A DNA stretch of 20,478 nucleotides from PVC group bacterium (GCA_043804695.1 JAZDIV010000032.1:1-20478); one strand, 5' to 3'. Shown: positions 8,669 through 16,922, counted from the stretch's first letter. A program made the numbers and translations. Notes: a model not told the origin generated them from the letters alone.

Positions 8669-9165
8669 GTCTTCCGGGCATTCAGTATCAGTTCCACCAT
8701 CTCCATTACCGCTCCCGCTCCGCCCCGGTTCAAGGTTCGGTAGTGGGCGACTTTGAGAACCAGCGGATGGGCATCGGCAACGGCGATCGCGAATCCCGCT
8801 CTTCTCAGCACGGGGAGATCGGCTACGTCATCCCCCGCGTAGGCGATCTCTTCCGGCCGGAAGGAATGGCGAGCCATCAGCTCTTCCATCACCGGGACCT
8901 TGTCAATGATTCCCTGATAGATATCGACAATCCCCAGTTCCCGGGCCCGGCGGGCGACCGTCCCTGACTTCCGACCGCTGACCAGCGCCACCTTCAATCC
9001 GGCCTGCTGTCCTCGGACCAGGGCCGATCCGTCCCGGACATGAAAAGCCTTCAGCTCTTCCCCCCGGCTGCCGTAATAGACCCGGCCGTCGGTGAAAACG
9101 CCGTCCACGTCGAGGATCAGCAGCTTAATCCCGGCCGCCCGGTTTTCGACTTCCGTATTCATCAT
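8665..9165 (-). CDS. kdsC: KDO 8-phosphate phosphatase
   Basis: HAD motif LILDVDGVFTDG, FHVRDG, YAGDDVADLP, GGAGAV. Confidence 0.95.
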   Translation of the reverse strand: MMNTEVENRAAGIKLLILDVDGVFTDGRVYYGSRGEELKAFHVRDGSALVRGQQAGLKVALVSGRKSGTVARRARELGIVDIYQGIIDKVPVMEELMARHSFRPEEIAYAGDDVADLPVLRRAGFAIAVADAHPLVLKVAHYRTLNRGGAGAVMEMVELILNARKT

Positions 9166-9213
9166 AATTGAGCCGTCGCGCAGTCTACCCCGGTTTACCG
9201 GGGCTCAGGCAAC
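9165..9213 (-). repeat. expanded module S variant at the kdsC start
   Basis: Minus GTTGC-CTGAGCCCCGGTAAACCGGGGTAGACTGCGCGACG-GCTCAATT-ATG; similar termini to other S copies with a larger branched interior. Confidence 0.55.
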
Positions 9214-9227
9214 GTTCGGGTAAAAAG

Positions 9228-9330
9228 GTTGCGGTTGCGCGGCTGGAATCGGTTGCGTGGAACGGTTGCGGGTGCGAGCCGCACGTAACCGTACACCGTT
9301 CAACGTTTCGAGCTGCGTAACCGATCAACG
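9228..9330. repeat. degenerate short-repeat inverted repeat (GGTTGC / GTAACC units)
   Basis: Four GGTTGCG units followed by complementary CGTAACCG and CGTTCAACG units around GTGCG-agc-CGCAC. Confidence 0.6.
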
Positions 9331-9402
9331 ATCCCCGGCATTTCCCTTTATTGAAATTTCGATACAGGCACGGTAGTGCCTCCGGCGAAAATTCCAGACC
9401 TG

Positions 9403-10392
9403 CTACACGATCCCCGCGTTCAGCAGGTCCTGCACATCGAGCATCCCCACCGGCTCCCCTTTCCCGTTGACCACCGGCAGCTCGTCCACCTTGCGGGAAC
9501 CGAGCAGGCGGAGAGCTTCCACGGCCAGGCGATCCTCCTCCACGGTCAACGGATGCCGGGTCATCACCAGCCGCACCGGCTGCTCGAGAATGTCCGGCCG
9601 CTCCTCGATATGCCGGCGGAGATCGCCGTCGGTAAAAAACCCGGCCAGCCGGCCGGACCGGTCAATGACGCTGGCCGCCCCGGCCCGGGCCGCGGTAATC
9701 CTGAGGATGACCTCTTTCACCGGGCTCTCCTCCCCGACGACCGGGTTGCTGTCTCCCTTCCTCATCAAATCGGAGACCCGGAGCAGCAGCCTTTTTCCCA
9801 GAGTCCCCGCCGGATGCAGCCGCGCGAAATCGACCGGCCGGAAATTCCGCTTTTCAATCAGCGCCACGGCCAGGGCGTCTCCCAGGGCCAGGGCCGCGGT
9901 GGTGCTGGCGGTGGGGGCCAGATTGAGGGGGCAGGCTTCTCTCTCCACCCCGGCATCAAGAACGACATCGCTGTGGGCGGCCAGGGCGGAAGCGGGGTTG
10001 CCGGTGATGCTGATCAGGGCAACCCCCATCCGCTTGACGAAGGGGATCAGATTTTTTATCTCTTCCGACTCGCCGCTCCGGGAGATCATGACCATGACGT
10101 CATCCTCCCCCACCATCCCCAGGTCCCCGTGCAGGGCTTCCACGGGATGGAGGCTCAGGCTCGGCGATCCCGTGCTGGCCAGCGTCGCCGAGATCTTGCG
10201 GGCGATGATGCCGGCCTTTCCCATCCCGGCGACGATAATTCTCCCCCGGCAGCGATAGAGAATATCGACCGCGGCCGCGAATTCTTCACCCAGCTTCGGG
10301 ATCAGGGCGAGGACCGCCTCCCCTTCCGTCCGCAGCACCGCCCGGCCGATCCCGCAAACATCTATTTTCCGCTCCGGCTGATGATTATTCAT
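9403..10392 (-). CDS. kdsD: arabinose-5-phosphate isomerase, KpsF/GutQ family (SIS + CBS)
   Basis: GMGKAG, TLASTG, EALHGDLG, EACPLNLAPTAST, HPAGTLG, FTDGDLRR. Confidence 0.95.
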   Translation of the reverse strand: MNNHQPERKIDVCGIGRAVLRTEGEAVLALIPKLGEEFAAAVDILYRCRGRIIVAGMGKAGIIARKISATLASTGSPSLSLHPVEALHGDLGMVGEDDVMVMISRSGESEEIKNLIPFVKRMGVALISITGNPASALAAHSDVVLDAGVEREACPLNLAPTASTTAALALGDALAVALIEKRNFRPVDFARLHPAGTLGKRLLLRVSDLMRKGDSNPVVGEESPVKEVILRITAARAGAASVIDRSGRLAGFFTDGDLRRHIEERPDILEQPVRLVMTRHPLTVEEDRLAVEALRLLGSRKVDELPVVNGKGEPVGMLDVQDLLNAGIV

Positions 10393-11221
10393 TCTCTTTC
10401 ACCGCCCGGTCGATTTTCCTGATCATCCTCAGCAGGCCCGGCAGGTCGCCCAGGGGCAGGACGCTGCCGGCATCCGACCGGGCGCTCTCCGGCCGGTCAT
10501 GGACCTCCACGAAAATCCCCTCACAGCCGGCGGCCGCCGCCGCCCGGGCCAGATGCGGGATAAACCCCCGCTCGCCGCCGGTGGAACCGTCCCCACCGCC
10601 CGGAACCTGGACGCTGTGGGTGGCGTCGAATATCACCGGATAGCCGAACCCCCGGATGATCGGGAGGGCCCTCATGTCGTTAATCAGGTTATGATAGCCG
10701 AAACTGACGCCCCGTTCGGTGATGAGCAGGCGGCGGTTCCCGCCCGAGGTGACCTTGTCGATGATATGCCGCACATCTCCCGGGGCCAGAAACTGGCCTT
10801 TCTTCACGTTGACGGCGCGGCCGGTCCCGGCCGCGGCCAGAAGCATGTCCGTCTGGCGGCAGAGAAAAGCCGGCACCTGGAGGACATCGGCCACCCGGGC
10901 CACTTCCCGGGCGTCCGTCTCCCGGTGGAAATCAACCAGAAGCGGAAGGCCCAGCTCCCGCTTCACCCGCTCCAGGATTTTCAGGCCGGAGAGGAGCCCC
11001 GGCCCCCGGTAGGAGGAGAGGGACGTCCGGTTGGCTTTATCATAGGACGCCTTGAAGACGAGCGGGACCCCCTCTCCCCGGCAGATGTCCTTTAAAGCGG
11101 CGGCGACGGCGAGCGTGTGGCTCTCGCTTTCGATGACGCAGAGCCCCGCGATCAGGATCAGCGGATGGCGGCCGCCGATCGGGATCGGACCGACCTGGAA
11201 CTCTCTCACTTGCTCAATCAT
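10385..11221 (-). CDS. kdsA: KDO 8-phosphate synthase (start revised to the ATG at 11221, MIEQVREF...)
   Basis: CVIES, KASYDKANRTS, PAFLCRQTD, NVKKGQF, FDATHSVQ. The ORF track's upstream start lies inside a repeat hairpin. Confidence 0.96.
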   Translation of the reverse strand: MIEQVREFQVGPIPIGGRHPLILIAGLCVIESESHTLAVAAALKDICRGEGVPLVFKASYDKANRTSLSSYRGPGLLSGLKILERVKRELGLPLLVDFHRETDAREVARVADVLQVPAFLCRQTDMLLAAAGTGRAVNVKKGQFLAPGDVRHIIDKVTSGGNRRLLITERGVSFGYHNLINDMRALPIIRGFGYPVIFDATHSVQVPGGGDGSTGGERGFIPHLARAAAAAGCEGIFVEVHDRPESARSDAGSVLPLGDLPGLLRMIRKIDRAVKENE

Positions 11222-11224
11222 ATA

Positions 11225-11370
11225 TAAATTAGCTCGCTGCGCTCGCAACTTTTGCCACTAAGACACCAAGACACCAAGAAAAAACAAATAAGGTGAGTAT
11301 TTTACTCTTTTCTCTCTTTTCTTGGTGTCTTTGTGCCTTGGTGGCTAATAATTATTGAAATTCCGAAGCA
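11225..11370. repeat. composite repeat C (copy 1): module S plus CACCAAGA inverted repeat and tail
   Basis: TAAATTAGCTCGCTGCGCTCGCAACT then GCCACTAAGACACCAAGACACCAAG...CTTGGTGTCTTTGTGCCTTGGTGGC-TAATAAT; colinear with 15371-15507. Confidence 0.9.
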
Positions 11371-11372
11371 GT

Positions 11373-11395
11373 AAGTTAGCGCCTCCGGCGCAACT
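11373..11395 (-). repeat. module S, internal copy
   Basis: Minus AGTTGCGCC-GGA-GGCGCTAACTT. Confidence 0.75.
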
Positions 11396-11396
11396 G

Positions 11397-11510
11397 GGTG
11401 ACGGTTACGGTAACGAGGCCCGTTTCGTCTGGCGGTTAAGGTCACGTGGGCCAGGCCCCGCCGTCACCGTTACCCTGACCGATTCTGGCTTCGTTACCCT
11501 AACCGTTACC
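11397..11510. repeat. hexamer-based inverted repeat
   Basis: GGTGACGGTTACGGTAACGA pairs with TCGTTACCCTAACCGTTACC (2 differences in 20); further CCGTCA/CCGTTA units lie inside. Confidence 0.75.
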
Positions 11511-11545
11511 TTTTTTTGTCCCGATTCATTTATTCAAAAGTATTG

Positions 11546-12346
11546 TTATCGGGATTCCAATACCGGAATTGAGCGCCGCCGGCGCGATATTTCAGGGGCC
11601 TCCGATCTGATCCGCTCCCGAGCACGGGCCAGATCATCCGGCGTGTCGATCCCGATCGTGTCCCGGTCCGTCTCCAGCACTTTGATTTTATATCCATTCT
11701 CCAGGACCCGCAGTTGTTCCAGCCGCTCCTCCTGCTCGAGCGGCCCCGGGGGGAGCTCCACCAGCCGGGTCAGAAAATCTCTCCGGTAGCCGTAGAGACC
11801 GATGTGCTTGTACGCGGCCGGCAACCGGTCCGGGCCGGAAAAAGGGATCGGCGAACGGGAAAAGTACAAGGCATATCCATCCCGATCGGTCACCACTTTC
11901 ACCAGATGGGGGTTCTTCAGATCTTCCGCCTTTTCTATCTTTTTTTTCAGGGTGACGACAACCAGCTCCGGGGCCCGGATCAGCTCGGCAACCGCCAGAT
12001 CAATCATGTCACCGTGAAGAAAGGGCTCGTCCCCCTGGATATTGACCACGATCTCCATCTCCCGGCCCCGGCAGGCTTCCGCCACCCGTTCCGTTCCCGT
12101 GGCCGGCCGGGAAGTGGTCAGAACCGCCTTCCCCCCGAACCGCTCCACGGCCCGGAAGATGCGTTCGTCATCGGTGGCGACGAAGAGATCGTCCAGTCCG
12201 GACGCTTCCGAGGCCCGGCAAAAAACATGCTCGATCACGGTCCGCTGACCAAGCCGGGCCAGGACTTTTCCCGGGAACCGGCTCGACCCGAAACGGGCCG
12301 GGATGACGCCGACCGCCCGGGGGCGGGGATCACCTTTTTCAGACAT
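11546..12346 (-). CDS. kdsB: CMP-KDO synthetase
   Basis: IPARFGSSRFPGKVL, VNIQGDEP, ALYFSRSPIP, KHIGLYGY, LEQLRVLENG, GIDTPDDL. Confidence 0.97.
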   Translation of the reverse strand: MSEKGDPRPRAVGVIPARFGSSRFPGKVLARLGQRTVIEHVFCRASEASGLDDLFVATDDERIFRAVERFGGKAVLTTSRPATGTERVAEACRGREMEIVVNIQGDEPFLHGDMIDLAVAELIRAPELVVVTLKKKIEKAEDLKNPHLVKVVTDRDGYALYFSRSPIPFSGPDRLPAAYKHIGLYGYRRDFLTRLVELPPGPLEQEERLEQLRVLENGYKIKVLETDRDTIGIDTPDDLARARERIRSEAPEISRRRRSIPVLESR

Positions 12347-12392
12347 ATAAAAACACCTTCAAAATAAGGATGAAGTATTCCGCTGATATTTA

Positions 12393-12457
12393 AAATCCCA
12401 AATAACAAATATCAAATAACAAACAAATCCCAATGACCAAAATCAAAAATTCCAAAC
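12393..12457. repeat. degenerate heptamer tandem repeat (AAATMHC)
   Basis: AAATCCC AAATAAC AAATATC AAATAAC AAAC AAATCCC AATGACC AAAATCA AAAATTCC AAAC. Confidence 0.8.
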
Positions 12458-12490
12458 CAGTTATTAGTCAGTCCATAATTGTATGGACAT

Positions 12491-12664
12491 GTCCATTGCG
12501 AGAAGCGAAGCGACGAAGCAATCCGATGCGAAGCATCGTCCTGAGTGAAACGAAGGATCTCTTTTGAATAAGCATCGATCCTTCACTGCGTTCAGGATGA
12601 CCCTTCGGGTCAGATTGCTTCCCGCCACGCTTTGCTCGCGGCTTCGGCTAACGCTCGCAATGAC
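12491..12664. repeat. nested REP-like palindromic element (resembles the CGTC family)
   Basis: Outer arms CATTGCGAG..GAAGCAATC / GATTGCTTC..CTCGCAATG; inner arms TCGTCCTGA..GAAGGATC / GATCCTTC..TCAGGATGA. Confidence 0.75.
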
Positions 12665-12757
12665 CGCAATCGTTGACGTAAATCCTACCACGGTCGGATT
12701 AATATGTTGAAGATAATGTCTTTAGTTAAGTGCCGGATAAATTCGAATAACCTCTGA

Positions 12758-13303
12758 CTATAGTTCCCCTACTATCCACCGGGCGGCTTCATAGAGATCT
12801 TCCGCCACGCAGTCCGGCTCCCCCCAGTCCGGCAGTTCCCGCATCCTCTCCAGCCGTTCCGGCCGGGCCAGCAGAACCGTCCGGCAGCCGGCGTTCCGGC
12901 CGGTCAGGACATCGCTTGCCTTGTCCCCGACCATAAAGGAACGGTCCAGATCAACGGCCTTCTCAGCGGCCAGTTTTTCAATCAGGCGCGGTGACGGCTT
13001 CCGGCACGCGCAGCCGTCCTCCGGATGATGGGGGCAATAGGCGATCCCTTCCAGAACCACGCCCGCGCGACCGAGATCGCTTCGCAGCTTCCGGTGGACC
13101 GTTTCCATCTCCTCTTCCGAAAAATACCCCCGGCCGATCCCGGACTGATTGGTCACCACGAACAATAAAAACCGATTTTCCGCCAGCAGCCGCAGCCCGC
13201 GCAGGGCGGCGGGGAAAATAGCAAAATCGGACGGAGAGTGCAGATACCCGGTATCCGCGTTGATGGTCCCGTCCCGATCCAGGAATACGGCCCTCCTCCT
13301 CAT
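12758..13303 (-). CDS. gmhB: D-glycero-D-manno-heptose 1,7-bisphosphate phosphatase
   Basis: FLDRDGTIN, VTNQSGIGRG, CPHHPEDGCACRKP zinc site, MVGDKASD. Confidence 0.94.
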   Translation of the reverse strand: MRRRAVFLDRDGTINADTGYLHSPSDFAIFPAALRGLRLLAENRFLLFVVTNQSGIGRGYFSEEEMETVHRKLRSDLGRAGVVLEGIAYCPHHPEDGCACRKPSPRLIEKLAAEKAVDLDRSFMVGDKASDVLTGRNAGCRTVLLARPERLERMRELPDWGEPDCVAEDLYEAARWIVGEL

Positions 13304-14286
13304 AACCAGTTGAGAGCGTTCCTCAATTCATCCAGAGAAACGGCTGCCGTCCCCAGTTTTCCGACCACCACACCGGCCGCGCAGTTGGCCAGGAAGGACG
13401 CCTCCCGCAGATCCGCCCCCGCCGCCAGGGCCAGGGATGCCGTCCCGACGACGGTATCGCCCGCCCCCGAGACATCGAAGACCTCCCGGGCGACGGTGGG
13501 GATGTGCATCGGCCGCCGCCGCCGCTGGAAGAGGGCCATCCCCTCCTCCCCGAGCGTGATCAACACCGACTCCGAACCCCACTTCCTCAAGAGGGTCCGG
13601 CCCAGGTCCTCCAGGCCGACCTCTCTTCCCCTCCCCGCCATCTCGATCGCTTCCTTGTGGTTGGGGGTGACCAGGGAGGCGTCCCGGTAGGTGAAATGAT
13701 GGCAGCCGTTGGGATCCACCACCACGGGACATCCGCGGCTCCGGGCCAGGGCGATCAGCTCCCCGATCAGCTCCTGGCTGAGCAAACCCTTGGCGTAGTC
13801 CTCCAGAATGACGCCGTCGATCGGGCGGTCGAGGCGGCGGATGCCCTCCAGAAGCTGCCGCCGCCGATCATCTCCGACATCGGAAGAGCATTCCCGGTCT
13901 ATCCGCGCCACCTGCTGGTGTCCGGCCAGAATCCTCGATTTGGTCACGGTGGGGCGGCCGGCATCCACCACCAGCCCCCGGTCGTCGATCCCCTTCCGGC
14001 GGAGCAGGCTCCTCAGCTTCCGCCCCGGCTGATCGGCCCCGATGACCCCGGCGATAAACGGCCGGGCGCCGAGGGAGCTGAGATTATGGGCCACGTTGGC
14101 CGCCCCGCCGGGGGCCCAGGTCTCGGACTTCACCCGCACGACCGGGACGGGAGCTTCCGGAGAAATCCTTTCCACCTCTCCCCACAGGTATTCGTCCAGC
14201 ATGACATCGCCCACCACCAGTATTGTCTTGCCGGCGAAGCCGCCGATAATGTCATCCCATCTCTGATCCGGATGTTTTTTCCGCAT
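13300..14286 (-). CDS. rfaE1: heptose-7-phosphate kinase, stand-alone RfaE domain I (HldA)
   Basis: VGDVMLDEYLWGEVERISPEAPVPV, GGAANVA, DYAKG, VFDVSGAGDT, VVVGKLGTA; no adenylyltransferase domain is fused. Confidence 0.94.
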   Translation of the reverse strand: MRKKHPDQRWDDIIGGFAGKTILVVGDVMLDEYLWGEVERISPEAPVPVVRVKSETWAPGGAANVAHNLSSLGARPFIAGVIGADQPGRKLRSLLRRKGIDDRGLVVDAGRPTVTKSRILAGHQQVARIDRECSSDVGDDRRRQLLEGIRRLDRPIDGVILEDYAKGLLSQELIGELIALARSRGCPVVVDPNGCHHFTYRDASLVTPNHKEAIEMAGRGREVGLEDLGRTLLRKWGSESVLITLGEEGMALFQRRRRPMHIPTVAREVFDVSGAGDTVVGTASLALAAGADLREASFLANCAAGVVVGKLGTAAVSLDELRNALNWL

Positions 14287-14296
14287 AGGCTCTTCC

Positions 14297-14347
14297 TAAC
14301 CTGGATTATTCATGAAAATTAAATATTTTCATGAATAATCCAGGTTA
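14297..14347. repeat. palindromic module B (copy 2)
   Basis: TAACCTGGATTATTCATGAAAAT-taaat-ATTTTCATGAATAATCCAGGTTA, perfect 23-bp stem. Confidence 0.9.
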
Positions 14348-14387
14348 CTAATTGTCGTTCAATGTAGACAGGCAGGCATAACTCGGG

Positions 14388-15371
14388 TTAATTGCTCAAA
14401 TACCGACCCGGGATCAGGTATTCCGTAACATAATCAGCGACCGCCTCCGGCAGGGGCGTGACGACCTTCTCGTAGCCGGCCCGGCGCAATTTTTCCATCT
14501 CGGCCCGGGTATGATACTGGTAGGTCTCCCTGATCTCTTCCGGGATGGGGACATACTGGATCTGCCGTCTTATCTGCATAACATTAAAAAGAGCAGCCGC
14601 CAACTCATTCCAGGTCCGGCCGGTTCCGGAACCGATGTTGAACAACCCGTGCAATTCAGGCTGACCATAGAGAAAAACAACCATCTCCACCGCGTCCTTG
14701 ACATAGATAAAATCGCGCTCCTGTTCCCCGTCCAGGTACCCTTCCCGGTAGGAGTGAAAGAGATTGATCTTGCCCTTGGCCCGGATCTGCTCGTATCCCT
14801 TGCAGACCATACTCCGCATCGATCCTTTATGATACTCATTGGGCCCGAAAACATTAAAGAACTTGAGGCCGGTGATCCGGTCCAGCCAGCCTTCGCGCCG
14901 GGCGTGAAGATCAAAGAGATGCTTGAAAAACCCGTACCCGTTCAGAGGCCGGAGGCCGCCGATCGCCGACTCGTCATCTATGTACCCGCCGCTCCCGTCT
15001 CCATAGGTGGCCGCGCTGGAGGCGTACATGAACCGGACGCCGGCCCGGAGAGCGTGCGCGGCCAGGGATTTGCTGTACTCATAATTGTTTTTCATCAAGT
15101 AGCGCATATCCGCCTCGGTGGTGGATGAACAGGCGCCGAAATGAAAGATCATCTCCACCGAATCAGGAAGTTTTTCAGCGGTCACCAGCTGGAGAAAATC
15201 ATCCTTCTCCAGGTAATCAGCGAAACGCAGGCCCGCCAGGTTCCTCCACTTGTCACCGCTGTCCAGAGAATCGACGATGAGAATATCGTCCTCTCCCATC
15301 TGGTTCAATTTCCAGACCAGAGCGCTCCCGATGAAGCCGGCTCCGCCGGTAACCACTATTTTTTCACTCAT
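14388..15371 (-). CDS. hldD: ADP-L-glycero-D-manno-heptose 6-epimerase
   Basis: VTGGAGFIGS, GACSSTTE, YASSAATYG, YxxxK (YGFFK), FFNVFGPNEYHKG, RDFIYVKD. Confidence 0.96.
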   Translation of the reverse strand: MSEKIVVTGGAGFIGSALVWKLNQMGEDDILIVDSLDSGDKWRNLAGLRFADYLEKDDFLQLVTAEKLPDSVEMIFHFGACSSTTEADMRYLMKNNYEYSKSLAAHALRAGVRFMYASSAATYGDGSGGYIDDESAIGGLRPLNGYGFFKHLFDLHARREGWLDRITGLKFFNVFGPNEYHKGSMRSMVCKGYEQIRAKGKINLFHSYREGYLDGEQERDFIYVKDAVEMVVFLYGQPELHGLFNIGSGTGRTWNELAAALFNVMQIRRQIQYVPIPEEIRETYQYHTRAEMEKLRRAGYEKVVTPLPEAVADYVTEYLIPGRYLSN

Positions 15372-15507
15372 AAATTAGCTCGCTGCGCTGGCAACTTATG
15401 CCACTAAGGCACCAAGACACCAAGGGAAAACCAAATAAGATGAGTTTTTTTCTCTTTTCTTGGTGCCTTTGTGACTTGGTGGCTAATAATCACTTGAATT
15501 TTCAGCA
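15371..15507. repeat. composite repeat C (copy 2)
   Basis: TAAATTAGCTCGCTGCGCTGGCAACT then GCCACTAAGGCACCAAGACACCAAG...CTTGGTGCCTTTGTGACTTGGTGGC-TAATAAT. Confidence 0.9.
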
Positions 15508-15557
15508 TGATAATAAGTGAATCTCACTCGGCGCTGATACGACTAAAAATAAGGGCT

Positions 15558-15589
15558 ATTATATTACCCGAGCCCCGGTTCTTTTACAA
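15558..15589 (-). promoter_or_regulatory. putative sigma70 promoter upstream of hldD
   Basis: TTGTAA (15589-15584), 17-bp spacer, TAATAT (15566-15561), with an overlapping TATAAT (15563-15558). Confidence 0.5.
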
Positions 15590-15608
15590 GCCGTAAAAAG
15601 ACCCGATT

Positions 15609-16922
15609 TCAGCGCTCCGAGGATGACGGGGATGCCCGGCGCCCGACGATCAGGGCGAGAAAGAGCCAGAAGATGAGCATCACCCGGAAAGAGAAGAACG
15701 GATTATCGGCCAGCCCCCCGATTAAAAAGCCCGCCAGGCCGGCCGTCATTCCCCGTTGAACGGCCTGTTCGAACGGATCTTCCCGGGTCCGTTCGCCGGA
15801 CAGGAGAAGATAGAAGGCGGCGGCCAGCAGCCACAGGAAAGCCGACGCCCCCGCCAGACCGGCGGCGGCCCCCAGGGAGAGGTACATGTTATGCGCGTGG
15901 ATCGGCTGCTCATCCGTCTCCACCGTCTGAAAGTCCTTTTCATACGATGCCATGAAGACCCGGTAACCGGGGCCATACCCCAGAACCGGACGGAGGGCGA
16001 TCATCCGCCGGACCCCGTCCCAGTAGATGAGCCTCTTTTCGATGTTGGGATCGGTTGTGAAGGCCGTGAAACTTTTCAGCCGTTCTTTAAAGTAGGACTG
16101 GGGACCGACATTCACCCCCAGAATAAGAAGCGACGCCAGTAAAACCAGCGCCGCCAGGTAATAGAAGCGGCCCCGCCGGTACAGGGCCAGAACAGCCAGC
16201 GCGATCAGGAGACTGATCCAGGCCGTCCGGGAGAAGGTCAGGATCATCGCAGCGGACAGCAGGAGGGCGGCCAGGCCGCTGGCCGCTCTCAGCCGGGCCG
16301 GCACCCGGGCGGTCGCCAGGGAAACAGCCGGCGGGATCAGGAGCAGCAGCGCCGATCCGGAGGAGTTGGGATGCATGAAGGAGAGCCAGATCCTCCGGGG
16401 CGTCTCCGGGAAGTAAACACCGCGGCTGAAGAGATAGAGCCCGGCCAGGGCGCTCAACCCGGCACCGATCACGAGGACGACGAGGGCCGCCCGCCGGTTT
16501 CGCCCGCTGGACAGGGACACCGAGGCGGCCAGGCAAAAGCCTCCTCCCAGCAGCAGTTCCCGCAGCCCCTCCGCCCAGCTCAGTTCCCTCAGCGGCGAAA
16601 AAACATACGCCATCACCGCCACCGAGAGGAAGACCAGGAGCGGAAGCGTCAGGGCGGTCCGCGGCGGACGCAGCGTCCGGTCCCAGATACAGCCGGCCGC
16701 CCAGAGAACCAGGAGCGGATAGATCAGGTTCCTGATCTTCCCACCGACGCTGAAACGCAGCCAGTTCAGGGAGGGGAAGGACCGGCGGAAGACCGGCTGC
16801 TCGAGAGAATCCGCGGTCCCGTCCGCCTTGTTCAGAGAGACCTGTCCCACTCCGATGAAGAAGATAACGATCAAAAGGAGGCCCCACAAAACCAGGCGAT
16901 ATTTCCCGCGGAAATTGTTCAT
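15609..16922 (-). CDS. O-antigen ligase (Wzy_C/WaaL)-family membrane protein
   Basis: Multiple hydrophobic helices, HPNSSG, LTFSRTAW, RLIYW...PVLGYGPG, HAHNMYL. Confidence 0.88.
   Translation of the reverse strand: MNNFRGKYRLVLWGLLLIVIFFIGVGQVSLNKADGTADSLEQPVFRRSFPSLNWLRFSVGGKIRNLIYPLLVLWAAGCIWDRTLRPPRTALTLPLLVFLSVAVMAYVFSPLRELSWAEGLRELLLGGGFCLAASVSLSSGRNRRAALVVLVIGAGLSALAGLYLFSRGVYFPETPRRIWLSFMHPNSSGSALLLLIPPAVSLATARVPARLRAASGLAALLLSAAMILTFSRTAWISLLIALAVLALYRRGRFYYLAALVLLASLLILGVNVGPQSYFKERLKSFTAFTTDPNIEKRLIYWDGVRRMIALRPVLGYGPGYRVFMASYEKDFQTVETDEQPIHAHNMYLSLGAAAGLAGASAFLWLLAAAFYLLLSGERTREDPFEQAVQRGMTAGLAGFLIGGLADNPFFSFRVMLIFWLFLALIVGRRASPSSSER

Noticed and set aside
11222..11248. ORF-track N-terminal extension of kdsA (MRAQRANLY)
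   Set aside because: The start falls within the module S hairpin; the ATG at 11221 is preferred.
11225..12664. Possible CRISPR array
   Set aside because: No regularly spaced identical repeats with unique spacers, and no cas genes.
12464..12691. 75-aa minus-strand ORF
   Set aside because: It is the translation of the nested REP-like palindromes.
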